From assembly GCA_026395175.1 (NCBI GenBank), contig JAPLZF010000009.1, forward strand, positions 82,083 to 146,082: a DNA stretch of 64,000 nt, written 5' to 3'. Shown here piece by piece: positions 48,259-57,912 of this stretch. This DNA comes from Candidatus Staskawiczbacteria bacterium (GTDB lineage: Bacteria > Patescibacteriota > Minisyncoccia > Minisyncoccales > Staskawiczbacteraceae). The position numbers and the translations under genes are program-made. Position 1 is the first letter of the stretch, and every line of letters starts with the position of its first letter. The notes below the pieces were generated by a model that did no database searches, was not told the origin of the DNA, and saw nothing but the letters and a program-made list of their open reading frames with translations.

Positions 48259-49825
48259 TTCTTTTTAGTTCTTTAGGGGTTGATATTCCCATTAATTTCA
48301 GCGCATTCTCCAAAACAATTTTTGTTGCCAATATTAAAGACAAGCGGGCTTCTGTTAATTTTTTATCTTCAGTAACAACTCTGCATTTTTCATAAAACTT
48401 ATGGAATGAATCTGCCAGTTCAATTGCATAATTTGGCAGACGTTGCAGTTGATAATCATTTGCGCTGTCTCCAATAATTTCCGGAAATCTTATTAATTGT
48501 TTTATCAATTCTAATTCACTTTGCTCTTTCAACAAATCCAAATTATTTGTTTTTGCTTTAATTTTAGATTTTGCAAAAATGCTGTTTATTCTGGCATAAG
48601 CATATTGCACTTTAAAAACCGGGTTTTTGTCTGACTTTTCTTTTGCCAAGTCCATATCAAAATTAAAATGCGTGTTTAAAGACCTTTGCAAAAAGAAAAA
48701 ACGCGCAACATCCAGGCCAACCTCGTCAATTAATTCGTCAATGGTTACATAAATTCCTGTTCTTTTAGACATGCGCACTTCTTTGCCGTTTTCAAAAAGC
48801 TTTACCAATTGCAAAACAATTGCATCAACATTTTCTTTGTTATAACCCAACGCTTGGCAAGCAGCTTTCAACCTTGCCACATAGCCGTAATGGTCTGCTC
48901 CTAAAAATATTATTAATTTGTCAAAGCCTCGCTCAAATTTATTTCTTAAATAGGCAATGTCTGAGGCAAAATAGGTTTTAACCCCATCCTCTCTTATCAA
49001 AACCCTGTCTTTGTCGTCTCCTAGTTCAGATGATTTAAACCACAAAGCGCCTTCGCTTTCGTAAGCAAAACCCTTTTTTGTGAGTTCTGCGATTGTTTTG
49101 TCCACTACGCCATTTTTATACAAAGTTGTTTCAGAAAACCAGGTATCAAATTTAATGCCCATCCTTTTCACAGACGGCTTTATCATTTTTTCTAAAATTA
49201 TCTTTCCTGCCTTTTCACCAATTTCTTCAGCTTTAAAATTGTAGGACTTCGGGAGTCCTACAATTTCTTTTCTTAAATCCTCAATATACTTTCCGGAATA
49301 AACCGCTTCTTCGTCTCCAATTACTGAATGTCCCAGCTTTGTAATTTGAGCGCCAATATCATTTATGTAATATTCTCTTGAAACTTTATATCCGGCTTTT
49401 TCTAAAACCTTTGCCAAAACATCTCCACCAAATCCGCCTCTTCCATTGCCCAGTGTCAAAGGCCCCGTGGGATTTGCAGAAATAAACTCCACATTTATTT
49501 TTTGTTTTTTCCCAATATTTGAGCTCCCAAATTTTTCCTTTCCTTTTAAAACTTTCTGCACCTGCTCTTTTAAATATTTTTCTGAAAGATAAAAATTAAT
49601 AAACCCATTTACAACTTCTATTTTAGAAAATAATTTATTTTTTTGTTTTTCTATTTCTGTTTTTATCAGCTCTGCCGTTTCGCGAGGATTTTTATTTTCT
49701 TTTTTCGCCAAAATCAACGCAACGTTGCTTGAATAATCTGCATGGCTTGAAGTTTCAACAGAAAAGTTCAGGACTTCTCCTTTAATAACTTTCTCAATTA
49801 TTTTTTTGATTTCTTCTTTTATCAT
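48245..49825 (-). CDS. argS: Arginyl-tRNA synthetase
   Basis: SANPTGPL, MSKRTG, QYAYARI. Confidence 0.96.
   Translation of the reverse strand: MIKEEIKKIIEKVIKGEVLNFSVETSSHADYSSNVALILAKKENKNPRETAELIKTEIEKQKNKLFSKIEVVNGFINFYLSEKYLKEQVQKVLKGKEKFGSSNIGKKQKINVEFISANPTGPLTLGNGRGGFGGDVLAKVLEKAGYKVSREYYINDIGAQITKLGHSVIGDEEAVYSGKYIEDLRKEIVGLPKSYNFKAEEIGEKAGKIILEKMIKPSVKRMGIKFDTWFSETTLYKNGVVDKTIAELTKKGFAYESEGALWFKSSELGDDKDRVLIREDGVKTYFASDIAYLRNKFERGFDKLIIFLGADHYGYVARLKAACQALGYNKENVDAIVLQLVKLFENGKEVRMSKRTGIYVTIDELIDEVGLDVARFFFLQRSLNTHFNFDMDLAKEKSDKNPVFKVQYAYARINSIFAKSKIKAKTNNLDLLKEQSELELIKQLIRFPEIIGDSANDYQLQRLPNYAIELADSFHKFYEKCRVVTEDKKLTEARLSLILATKIVLENALKLMGISTPKELKRNEAK
49236..49266. repeat. 31-bp palindrome, copy 2 (in argS)
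   Basis: Identical to 29230-29260. Confidence 0.9.
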
Positions 49826-50520
49826 TGGATAATAGTGCCTACAAATGGCTTGTTATTTAAGCAATCTTCAAGGCGGTCTAAATTTTTTCCGTTAATTATA
49901 ACAACTTTCAGCTTTAATTTTGAAGCCAGCTTTGAAGCCCTTGGATCAAACGGCATTGAAAGCCCGGGGTTCCATTTGTCTCCAACAATTCTTTCAAAAC
50001 TTTTCCAATCAATTTCTTTTAATGCTTTGGCATCGGGAAACTGATTTGGGTCTTTATCATAAACATAATCAATGTTTGAAAGATTTATTATGGTTTTTAC
50101 ATTATGATTTTTTGCAATTAGCACAGCGTCGTAGTCTGTTGACCAGCCGGGTTTCCAGCCGGCTCCCACAATAACATCTTTGTTGGTTTTTACTTTTATA
50201 TTTGGGTCGGTGATAACTTTTGGATAAGCATTACCAACAAACATTTGCTTTATAACTTCAGCATTAAGCCTTGTAATGTTAATTCCAATCCAATCTCGGT
50301 CTTTGCTTTGCCCGCCAAACTCCAAAAGAGCATTTTGATAATTCCTGGCAACTTTCCCTCCCCCAACTATAATAAAAAATTTAAATCCTGAGCCTGTCGA
50401 AGGGCCGTTTCCGATATATTTTTGAAGAGTATGCTTAAAACTTTTCAAAAATCCCAGGTCAATATTATCTGGAACCACCAACGACCCACCCAATGAAATT
50501 ATAATAGTTTCTTTATTCAT
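49822..50520 (-). CDS. pyrH: UMP kinase (archaeal-like)
   Basis: SLGGS, VGGG..AR, PGWSTD, VYDKDP. Confidence 0.9.
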   Translation of the reverse strand: MNKETIIISLGGSLVVPDNIDLGFLKSFKHTLQKYIGNGPSTGSGFKFFIIVGGGKVARNYQNALLEFGGQSKDRDWIGINITRLNAEVIKQMFVGNAYPKVITDPNIKVKTNKDVIVGAGWKPGWSTDYDAVLIAKNHNVKTIINLSNIDYVYDKDPNQFPDAKALKEIDWKSFERIVGDKWNPGLSMPFDPRASKLASKLKLKVVIINGKNLDRLEDCLNNKPFVGTIIQ

Positions 50521-50632
50521 TATTTATAGTTTAGCTTATTTTACTCAAAATTTAAAGAGCTGAAAGCAATAAAAAAGCCGACAGAGGTCTTTCGACATGT
50601 CGGTATAAAAGCAGTAGGTCTACTTAGTCCTA

Positions 50633-50908
50633 TTACGAGTGATGTTCTTGGCCAGCTTTGAAGGCCGCGGTCACTGCCTCATCGATGAGTCTGAATATGC
50701 TGACTTCAGGACAAGCGATAACTTCATCAAGGGCCCGTATCGCCTTGTAGGTTTTCTCGAGCTCTTCATCAAGTTCGACTTCGACAAAGCCGACGATTTT
50801 TTCGTCTGGCATTACTGCACCAAGCTCAAGCTCGGGGCTTAAACCACCCTCTCCCGTAACAATTGAAACGTAGAATTTCCCTTGAGTTTGTACTAAAGCG
50901 AGTCGCAT
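50633..50908 (-). CDS. Small hypothetical protein with own promoter
   Basis: AGGAGG SD before MRLAL; TTGACA at 50986-50991 (minus). Confidence 0.6.
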   Translation of the reverse strand: MRLALVQTQGKFYVSIVTGEGGLSPELELGAVMPDEKIVGFVEVELDEELEKTYKAIRALDEVIACPEVSIFRLIDEAVTAAFKAGQEHHS

Positions 50909-51034
50909 ATATCCTCCTTTGCTACTTTTTGGCGTAGCGACCTTAGTTGAAGAACTATAAATATAGTAGCATATTTTATACACCTTGTCAATGATAAATT
51001 TTTATGTTAGTATGATAGTATAAAAGTATAGATT

Positions 51035-51481
51035 ATGAAGATATTCAGTGAAAACAAAAAGGCGGGGTTTAACTATGAAATCCTAGAGAAGTTTGAAGCC
51101 GGGATGGTTTTGTTTGGCCAGGAAGTTAAATCAATAAAAACCGGGCACATCAATTTGTCCGGGTCTTATGTTGTTTTTAACAGGTCAGAGCCCTATTTAA
51201 CCGGCGTAAAAGTGCCTCCATACCAGCCAAACAACATTGGAGCCGACTATAATGAAGAAAGGCAAAGAAAACTTCTTTTAAACAAAAAAGAGATAGATTA
51301 TTTGGCGGGCAAGACCAAAACCAAGGGTTTTAGCTTAATACCCTTGAAAATTTATGAGAACAATGGTAGAATAAAACTCGAATTCGGGTTAGCCCGCGGA
51401 AAGAAGAAATTCGACAAAAAGGAGAAAATTAAAAAACGGGATGTCGACCGAGAGGTTAATCGCGAATTATCACGGGGATGA
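51035..51481 (+). CDS. smpB: SsrA-binding protein
   Basis: NKKA..Y, EAG.VL.G.EVKS, RKLLL, GKK.FDK. Confidence 0.96.
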   Translation: MKIFSENKKAGFNYEILEKFEAGMVLFGQEVKSIKTGHINLSGSYVVFNRSEPYLTGVKVPPYQPNNIGADYNEERQRKLLLNKKEIDYLAGKTKTKGFSLIPLKIYENNGRIKLEFGLARGKKKFDKKEKIKKRDVDREVNRELSRG

Positions 51482-51827
51482 TTGTTTCGATGACTAGTTC
51501 TTTAAAACAAGGCAAGTTAAGCTTTCTCAGGGCTTATAAATCTTCTGGGAAAAAACATAATTGCTACTAATTTATTTAATAGACAACCAGCATTAGCTTT
51601 CGCTTAATGCGGCATCTCAACCATTGACTCCTAATAAATGGACCTGAGGTGTTATATTATTAGGATAGGAATTCTGAGTCCTTGGCAGATTTCCAAAATA
51701 AAAAGGATAAGATGTTAAAAATTTTGCTATTTCTTTATTTGACATCCTAAAAAACAGAACTAGCTAAACTTGTAGAATTGCTTTAGAAAACTTTTCAGAC
51801 GCGATTTCAACATCGCCATCTCCACCA
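51474..51827 (+). ncRNA. ssrA: tmRNA
   Basis: GGGGATG pairs with CATCTCC-ACCA (G3:U); tag frame 51563-51607 encodes ATNLFNRQPALAFA*. Confidence 0.93.
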
Positions 51828-51848
51828 TTAAATTATTAAAATAAATCA

Positions 51849-52355
51849 TTGGACAAAATATTAATCAACAATTTCATAAGGGCAAAAGAGGTTAGGGTAA
51901 TTTCTGAAACTGGAGAACAGCTGGGAGTTATGAATATATTTTCGGCAATTGATTTGGCAAAGTCAAAGGGTTTGGACTTAATTCAGGTCACAGAAAAAGT
52001 TGAGCCTCCTGTTTGCAGAATTGCAAACTACGGAAAATTTCTTTACCAGCAACAGAAAAAAGAAAAAAAAATGTCCAAACCCAGGGGTGGAGAATTAAAA
52101 GAAATAAGATTAACCTTTAAAATTTCACCGCACGACATGGAAACAAGGGCAAAACAGGCGGAAAAATTTTTAAACGAAGGAGATAAAGTAAAAATTAATA
52201 TGGCGCTTAGGGGCAGAGAAAAAGCAATGGGGCAATTTGCCACAGACAAAGTAAAATTATTTTTAGAAAAATTAAATTTATTAATACCAATTAAAACCGA
52301 GAGAGAATTAAAGCGTGAGCCCCGAGGATTCACAATGATTGTCTCTAAGCAATAA
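51849..52355 (+). CDS. infC: Translation initiation factor IF-3 (non-AUG start)
   Basis: IN..IR..EVR, PPVC, RGRE. Confidence 0.95.
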   Translation: MDKILINNFIRAKEVRVISETGEQLGVMNIFSAIDLAKSKGLDLIQVTEKVEPPVCRIANYGKFLYQQQKKEKKMSKPRGGELKEIRLTFKISPHDMETRAKQAEKFLNEGDKVKINMALRGREKAMGQFATDKVKLFLEKLNLLIPIKTERELKREPRGFTMIVSKQ

Positions 52356-52362
52356 TAAAGAC

Positions 52363-52551
52363 ATGAACAAGACAAAAAAAGCTTTAGTTAAAAGGTTCAA
52401 AATAACCAAAAACGGAAAAATTTTAAGAAGGGCAACCGGGCAAAACCATAACCGGGCAAAAAAAACCGGCGAAGCAAAAAGAAAGGGCCGAAAATGGGTT
52501 GCCTTGGCTCCAAACGAAGCAAAAAGATTAAAAAAATTCTTAACAAAATAA
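52363..52551 (+). CDS. rpmI: 50S ribosomal protein L35
   Basis: KRFKIT..GK, position in infC operon. Confidence 0.9.
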   Translation: MNKTKKALVKRFKITKNGKILRRATGQNHNRAKKTGEAKRKGRKWVALAPNEAKRLKKFLTK

Positions 52552-52552
52552 C

Positions 52553-52903
52553 ATGAGCAGAATAAAACGAGCCGTACAAGCAAGAAAACACAGAAAGCAT
52601 TTAATGAAACATGCCAAGGGTTTTCAAAACGGCAGAAAAACAAAATTCAAATTAGCAAAAGACGCGCTAAGGCATGCTTGGACTTATGCATACAGAGACA
52701 GAAAGGTAAAAAAACGAACATACAGAAATTTGTGGAACCTGCAAATAAACGCCCTATCCCGAGCAAACGGAATCACTTACAGCAGGCTGATAAACGGATT
52801 AAAAATTAAAAAAATTGAACTGGACAGGAAGGTTTTGTCAGAATTGGCAAAAGAGCACCCAGAAATTTTCATAAAAATTGTAGAAGAAGTTAAAGCCAAG
52901 TAA
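52553..52903 (+). CDS. rplT: 50S ribosomal protein L20
   Basis: YAYRDRK..KR..R.LW, LDRKVLSELA. Confidence 0.96.
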   Translation: MSRIKRAVQARKHRKHLMKHAKGFQNGRKTKFKLAKDALRHAWTYAYRDRKVKKRTYRNLWNLQINALSRANGITYSRLINGLKIKKIELDRKVLSELAKEHPEIFIKIVEEVKAK

Positions 52904-52940
52904 TTTAAAAAACACCCGAAAGGGTGTTTTTGTTTTGTAA

Positions 52941-53408
52941 TTATTTTATAGATAAAACAAACTCATTTGCTTTTTCTAATAATTTTTTTGAATTTTTAAA
53001 TGTTGTTTTTTTAATTGCCTCTTTAATGGGCAACCACACAAAATCAATATGTTCGTCGGAAATTTTAACATCTTTTGTTTTTGTTTCTGCCAAGAAAAAA
53101 ACAACCAGTTTAAAAACCCATGGAGCTTTTTTTCTGGCTTCACCCGCCAGACCATAATTTCTCCTAAAGAAATATTTTTCCAATTCCTTAAATCCCAAAA
53201 TTATTTTTAAGTCTTTAATTCCTGTTTCCTCAAAAATCTCGCGCTTTGCGGTTTCTGTTTCGGTTTCTCCTTGTTCAACATGGCCTTTGGCAAAACCCCA
53301 TTGCCCCCTTTTCCCCTTTTCAGCCGGTGCATAATGCAAAAGTAAATAGTGCGGCACACCATTTTCCATTCTATATATTATAGCTCCTGCAGATTTTTCT
53401 TTCGGCAT
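52941..53408 (-). CDS. NUDIX hydrolase (Ap4A hydrolase-like)
   Basis: KGHVEQGETETETAKREIFEETG Nudix box. Confidence 0.9.
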   Translation of the reverse strand: MPKEKSAGAIIYRMENGVPHYLLLHYAPAEKGKRGQWGFAKGHVEQGETETETAKREIFEETGIKDLKIILGFKELEKYFFRRNYGLAGEARKKAPWVFKLVVFFLAETKTKDVKISDEHIDFVWLPIKEAIKKTTFKNSKKLLEKANEFVLSIK

Positions 53409-55132
53409 TACTTAAAATACTTTAATAATTTTTCTACTGAATTCGTGTTTATAATATCTTCTTTCTCGGACCAGCCTCTTCGTGCTTGCGCAATTCCATA
53501 TTCCATAAAATTTAATTGCTCTTTTTGGTGAGCGTCTGTGTTTATTATCATTTTTATTCCGGCCTCTTTTGCTCTTCTAATGTAAAAACCATTCAAATCA
53601 AGCCTTTCCGGGGCAGAGTCAATTTCCAAAATTGTTCCTGTTTTTTTGGCAACTTCCAAAATTTTATCAAAGTCCATTTGGTACTCATCTCTTTTCCCAA
53701 TCAGTCTTCCTGTTGGATGCCCAAATATATCAACATTTTTATTTTGCATTGCTTTTACTATTCTTTGGGTCATTTCTTTCTTTTCCATTTTCATATTTGA
53801 ATGCACGCTGGCAATTGCATAATCCAGTTTTTCTAAAACTTCATCTTTAATATCAAGACTGCCATCTGCCATTATATTAACTTCACATCCATGCAATATG
53901 CGAAATTTCGAATTTCTAATTTTGAATTTCGAATTTAATTGTTCTATTTTTTTATTCTGGGCTAAAAGTTGTTTTTCGTTTAAGCCATGCGTTATTCCTA
54001 AAGATTTCGTATGGTCTGAAATGCCAACATATTCATATCCCATATTTATTGCCGCTTTAACCATTTCTTCAATTGAATTCTCTCCATCGGAAGCTGTTGT
54101 GTGGCAGTGCAAGTCACCTTTAATATCTTTATATCCTATTATTTTTGGCAATTCATTTTTTAAACCAGCCTCAATTTCTCCTTCATTTTCGCGAAGCTCG
54201 GGCTCAATATACGGAAGCCCAATTGCCTTATAAACGCCTTCTTCTGTCTCGCCTGCAATCTGCTTTTTCCCTTTAAATATTCCATATTCAGAAAGCTTTA
54301 AACCTTTTGAAATAGCAATTTTCCTTGTAATAATGTTATGGTCTTTGTTGCCGGTAAAATATTGCAAAGCAGACCCATAGCTTTCTTTTTTTACAACTCT
54401 CAAATCCATATCAAATCCTTCTCTTATCCTAACCGAAGCTTTTGTTCCGCCCTTGCCCCAAACTTTTTCTACTCCGTCCAACTTCACAAAAAAATCCATA
54501 ACTTTGGCAGGATTTTTAGAAACAACTAGAATGTCCACGTCCCCAATTGTTTCTTTTCTTCTTCTTACAGATCCCGCCAAGCTAATCTGGTCAACTTCTT
54601 CCAAGCTTTTTAATTTTTCCAAAACATTTCTGGCAGTAGGCAAAATTTGCCCAATTGGAAACCTGCCTTTATCTCTTTTTAAAAATTCCAAACCCTGCAA
54701 AATATTTTTTTCTGTTTTTTCTCCAAAACCAAATAGGGGAGCCACTTTGTGGGCATTAGCAACTTTTTCCAAATCCTTTAAATTTTTAACTCCCAATTTT
54801 TGATATAATATTTTTGCCTTTTTCACTCCCATCCCTTCAACCCTAACCAGCTCATCCAATTTCAACGGTAATTTTTTCTTAAAATCTTCATAATGTTTTA
54901 TTTTTCCAGTTTTTAAATATTCTTCTATGTGGTCAGCAATTGCTTTGCCAACTCCGGGAATTTCCAGCAAAGCTTTAACTCCTCCTTTTTTATAAATGTC
55001 GCCCACGTCCTCGCTCAGGCCTTCTAAAGACAAAGCTGCCCTTTGGTACGCATAGGGCTTAAAAGCCACGCCGTCGGCTTCCAAAAATCTTGCCATATCA
55101 TTGAAAACTTTAGCCAATTCCTGATTTCTCAT
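53408..55132 (-). CDS. polX: DNA polymerase X with PHP domain
   Basis: GSVRR, GDVDIL, YFTG, DLHCHT..SDG, TDAH. Confidence 0.95.
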   Translation of the reverse strand: MRNQELAKVFNDMARFLEADGVAFKPYAYQRAALSLEGLSEDVGDIYKKGGVKALLEIPGVGKAIADHIEEYLKTGKIKHYEDFKKKLPLKLDELVRVEGMGVKKAKILYQKLGVKNLKDLEKVANAHKVAPLFGFGEKTEKNILQGLEFLKRDKGRFPIGQILPTARNVLEKLKSLEEVDQISLAGSVRRRKETIGDVDILVVSKNPAKVMDFFVKLDGVEKVWGKGGTKASVRIREGFDMDLRVVKKESYGSALQYFTGNKDHNIITRKIAISKGLKLSEYGIFKGKKQIAGETEEGVYKAIGLPYIEPELRENEGEIEAGLKNELPKIIGYKDIKGDLHCHTTASDGENSIEEMVKAAINMGYEYVGISDHTKSLGITHGLNEKQLLAQNKKIEQLNSKFKIRNSKFRILHGCEVNIMADGSLDIKDEVLEKLDYAIASVHSNMKMEKKEMTQRIVKAMQNKNVDIFGHPTGRLIGKRDEYQMDFDKILEVAKKTGTILEIDSAPERLDLNGFYIRRAKEAGIKMIINTDAHQKEQLNFMEYGIAQARRGWSEKEDIINTNSVEKLLKYFK

Positions 55133-55167
55133 AAAAAAACCCGCCTGGCGGGTTTGAGCATTATATT

Positions 55168-55644
55168 CTAGCTTATTTCGTATTTTATATTCTTTATTTT
55201 GTAGGTTATTTTAGTCGGTGAAGTGACAACAATTTCGTCTCCAACTTTATGTCCCAAAAGAGCTTTACCAACTGGAGACTCATTGCTAATTTTTCCTAAA
55301 GCCGGGTTTGCTTCAAGAGTTCCAACTATGACAAATTCGTCTTTTTGGCCGTTTACAGCCACGTTAACCTTAGCTCCCAATCCAATAAATCCCTGTTTGT
55401 CTTTTGCCGGATTTTTTATTAATTCATGATGGTCTATAACGCTTTTAAGCTCGTCAATTCTTGACCTAAGAAAGCCAACATCTTCCTGAAAGCTTACAAA
55501 TTCCGGATTCAAATCTTCTGATTCCAAAATTTTTGGCGCTTCCTGTTCCAAAGATTTTTTATGCTCAAAAGCAACCAACTCTTCATATTCTTTTTTGAGC
55601 TCATATAATTTTCCCTTAGTTATATAGAAAATTTTTCCATCCAT
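55168..55644 (-). CDS. greA: GreA/GreB family factor
   Basis: IVG..EANP..GKISNESPVGKALLG. Confidence 0.85.
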   Translation of the reverse strand: MDGKIFYITKGKLYELKKEYEELVAFEHKKSLEQEAPKILESEDLNPEFVSFQEDVGFLRSRIDELKSVIDHHELIKNPAKDKQGFIGLGAKVNVAVNGQKDEFVIVGTLEANPALGKISNESPVGKALLGHKVGDEIVVTSPTKITYKIKNIKYEIS

Positions 55645-55694
55645 GTTATTGTTATTGTATAATAATATGCCTCATCATTTGAATTGTCAATTAT

Positions 55695-56924
55695 TTAAAA
55701 TAGAGTATTCTGGTTTTGCCCGGAGAAAATTTTAATTTTCCCATAGACGCCGTCATATCCCGGCTCAATTAAAACCTTGCCCTCGCGCATTTTAATAACC
55801 CCCTCGGCAATTTCCGGCAAAGATTTCTCTTTTATTTCCTTTTCGGTTGATTCCAATAATATTTTGAATTCGTTTCCCAAATTTTTAATTAAGTTATTAT
55901 AATGTTCAACAACTTTTTTTGAAGCAACAGGAGAACCAATTGATTCTGCAATAATTTCATTTAAAGGAATTAAACTTTTAAAGGGAATTGCATTTTTAGG
56001 CGCAAATCCTTCTGGTCTGTCGGCTAATTCTGCAACACGATTTAAAACTCCAATTACCAAAGGCTTTTTGCATATTGGGCAAATATTATTATATTTTTTT
56101 GATTGCTCGGGCTTTAAGCTTAAGTTGCACAAGCGGTGGCCGTCATAATGGTATTTTCCTTCTTCGGGAAAAAATTCAATTGTGCTTAAAAATTTGCTAT
56201 TATCTTTTGTTTTTATCGCATCAAAAACACCCATATAGCTTAACTCTGTATCAAAAACATTTGCTTCTCTGCCAAGCTTTGGAAGGGAATGCGCGTCTGA
56301 ATTTGAAATTAGAGTAATTTTATCAAGTTGCGACAGCCTCCAGTTCATTGCAGGGTCAGAAGACAACCCTGTTTCAATTGCATAAATATGTTTTGTATAT
56401 TCTTCAAAGCATTCTTCCAAAGTATCAAAACCAGATTTTGAGCCAAAAACAGAAAACCAAGGCGTCCAAGCATGAGCCGGCACCACCAAACAATTTTCGT
56501 CTGCCGACAAAACAATTTTTGCCAGTTCTTTTGCGTCTAGTCCTAAAATTGGTCTACCATCTGAGTGCAAATTTCCAATTTTATTCAATTTTTCATTTAT
56601 TTTCTCTACAGCGCTTATAGACGGAGCAAAAACTATTATATGAACCTTCCTGACTTTTCCGCCCTTTGAATAAATACAGCTAATTTCTGCGGTTAAGATA
56701 AATCTGATACCGGAATCACTTTGCGCCAGCATAAAAAGGCCGGGTTCAGCCGGCTCTAACTTTTGCTTTATTTCCTCAAACCATTTAGGATGCGTAAAAT
56801 CTCCCGTGCCCAAAACATTTATTCCTTTTATTGCTCCCCATCTGTCTAAGTTTTCCAAATCCATTAAGGGAGAGGTGGCTCTGGAATATTTTGAGTGTAT
56901 ATGAAAATCTGCAACAAACTTCAT
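55695..56924 (-). CDS. Endonuclease Q family PHP protein
   Basis: DFHIHSKYS, GTGDFTHP, ETGLSSD, GKYHYDGHR, PGYDG.YG. Confidence 0.88.
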   Translation of the reverse strand: MKFVADFHIHSKYSRATSPLMDLENLDRWGAIKGINVLGTGDFTHPKWFEEIKQKLEPAEPGLFMLAQSDSGIRFILTAEISCIYSKGGKVRKVHIIVFAPSISAVEKINEKLNKIGNLHSDGRPILGLDAKELAKIVLSADENCLVVPAHAWTPWFSVFGSKSGFDTLEECFEEYTKHIYAIETGLSSDPAMNWRLSQLDKITLISNSDAHSLPKLGREANVFDTELSYMGVFDAIKTKDNSKFLSTIEFFPEEGKYHYDGHRLCNLSLKPEQSKKYNNICPICKKPLVIGVLNRVAELADRPEGFAPKNAIPFKSLIPLNEIIAESIGSPVASKKVVEHYNNLIKNLGNEFKILLESTEKEIKEKSLPEIAEGVIKMREGKVLIEPGYDGVYGKIKIFSGQNQNTLF

Positions 56925-57316
56925 TTTTTTTCAAGTTCTTTTATTAAAAAACTGACAAACTCTTTTTTGCTCATTGAAAATTTGAAAAAATCATTTTTAC
57001 CCGCTAGCTCTTTAAATTTTAAAGACGGAACAACCAAAAAATTATCTTCTATATCCTGTTTTACAATGTCAAAAGAAACAACCAATAAATAAAAATTTTC
57101 AACCGGTTTTAAATCTGCTTTTTCTACCAGCTGATTAATTTCGTCTTTTCCAAAAATATCCAGAGCTATTACTTTCTTTTTATAGTCGCCTTTCTTTTCA
57201 ACAACCAAATCATTATCTAAATTTTCGGGCTTAAAAACAACCAATCTTCCCTTGGCGTTCAAAGCAATCAAATCAATTATTTTGTTTTCAATCTTTTCCT
57301 TTGTGTTGTCTGACAT
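56921..57316 (-). CDS. Hypothetical protein
   Basis: 131-aa ORF in operon context. Confidence 0.6.
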   Translation of the reverse strand: MSDNTKEKIENKIIDLIALNAKGRLVVFKPENLDNDLVVEKKGDYKKKVIALDIFGKDEINQLVEKADLKPVENFYLLVVSFDIVKQDIEDNFLVVPSLKFKELAGKNDFFKFSMSKKEFVSFLIKELEKK

Positions 57317-57317
57317 C

Positions 57318-57584
57318 TTATATTTTATACACCTTATACCCTTCGTGAACTTTTTCATCTATCTTCATCCCCACCGAATCGCCCTTTTTTGCCGACTTCA
57401 CCTCTTTGTGGTCAATTTGCATAGAACCGGCTTTCTGCTCAAAATCAGTTTCTTGCCCACCAATTATCCTAATTTTATCTCCTTTTTTTAATGGAACGGT
57501 TAACTTAATAACTGCCACCTCAATATTGGAAAAATAATGTGTTATTTGGCCAATTAATTTTCCCTGCTTTTTAATTTTTACCAT
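57318..57584 (-). CDS. Small beta-barrel protein (U32 C-terminal / elongation factor-like)
   Basis: G.ITHYF..I.VA, SMQIDH, GDSVG. Confidence 0.8.
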   Translation of the reverse strand: MVKIKKQGKLIGQITHYFSNIEVAVIKLTVPLKKGDKIRIIGGQETDFEQKAGSMQIDHKEVKSAKKGDSVGMKIDEKVHEGYKVYKI

Positions 57585-57877
57585 ATTTTTTATTGTTTTA
57601 ATACTATTGTTATACTTTATCAAAAAATTTGCTGCAGAGCAACAAAAAACACCAGCTTTACAGCTGATGGACTTTGTTGGAGGGGGATAATAATTCCTAA
57701 CAAAAATGGATTATTTCTCGAGATAAATTCGGACAATGAATTTATGTATAATACTTATACCCTCTTCGTTAAAAACTATTATGTCCTTGAGGATAAACCT
57801 CGCACCCCCTCATAATAATTATTTTATTCTATTTTAAGCCGATGTCAAATTTTTATTCACTTTTTATCTGCAAGGGC

Positions 57878-57906
57878 TTGACACAATTTTTAGTTGGGAC
57901 TATGCT
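57878..57906 (+). promoter_or_regulatory. sigma70 promoter
   Basis: TTGACA-17-TATGCT. Confidence 0.7.
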
Positions 57907-57912
57907 TAAATA

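Noticed and set aside
57645-57848. Divergent small RNA or ORF from a minus-strand TTGACA promoter
   Set aside because: Only a 14-codon ORF and a 7-bp inverted repeat; insufficient support
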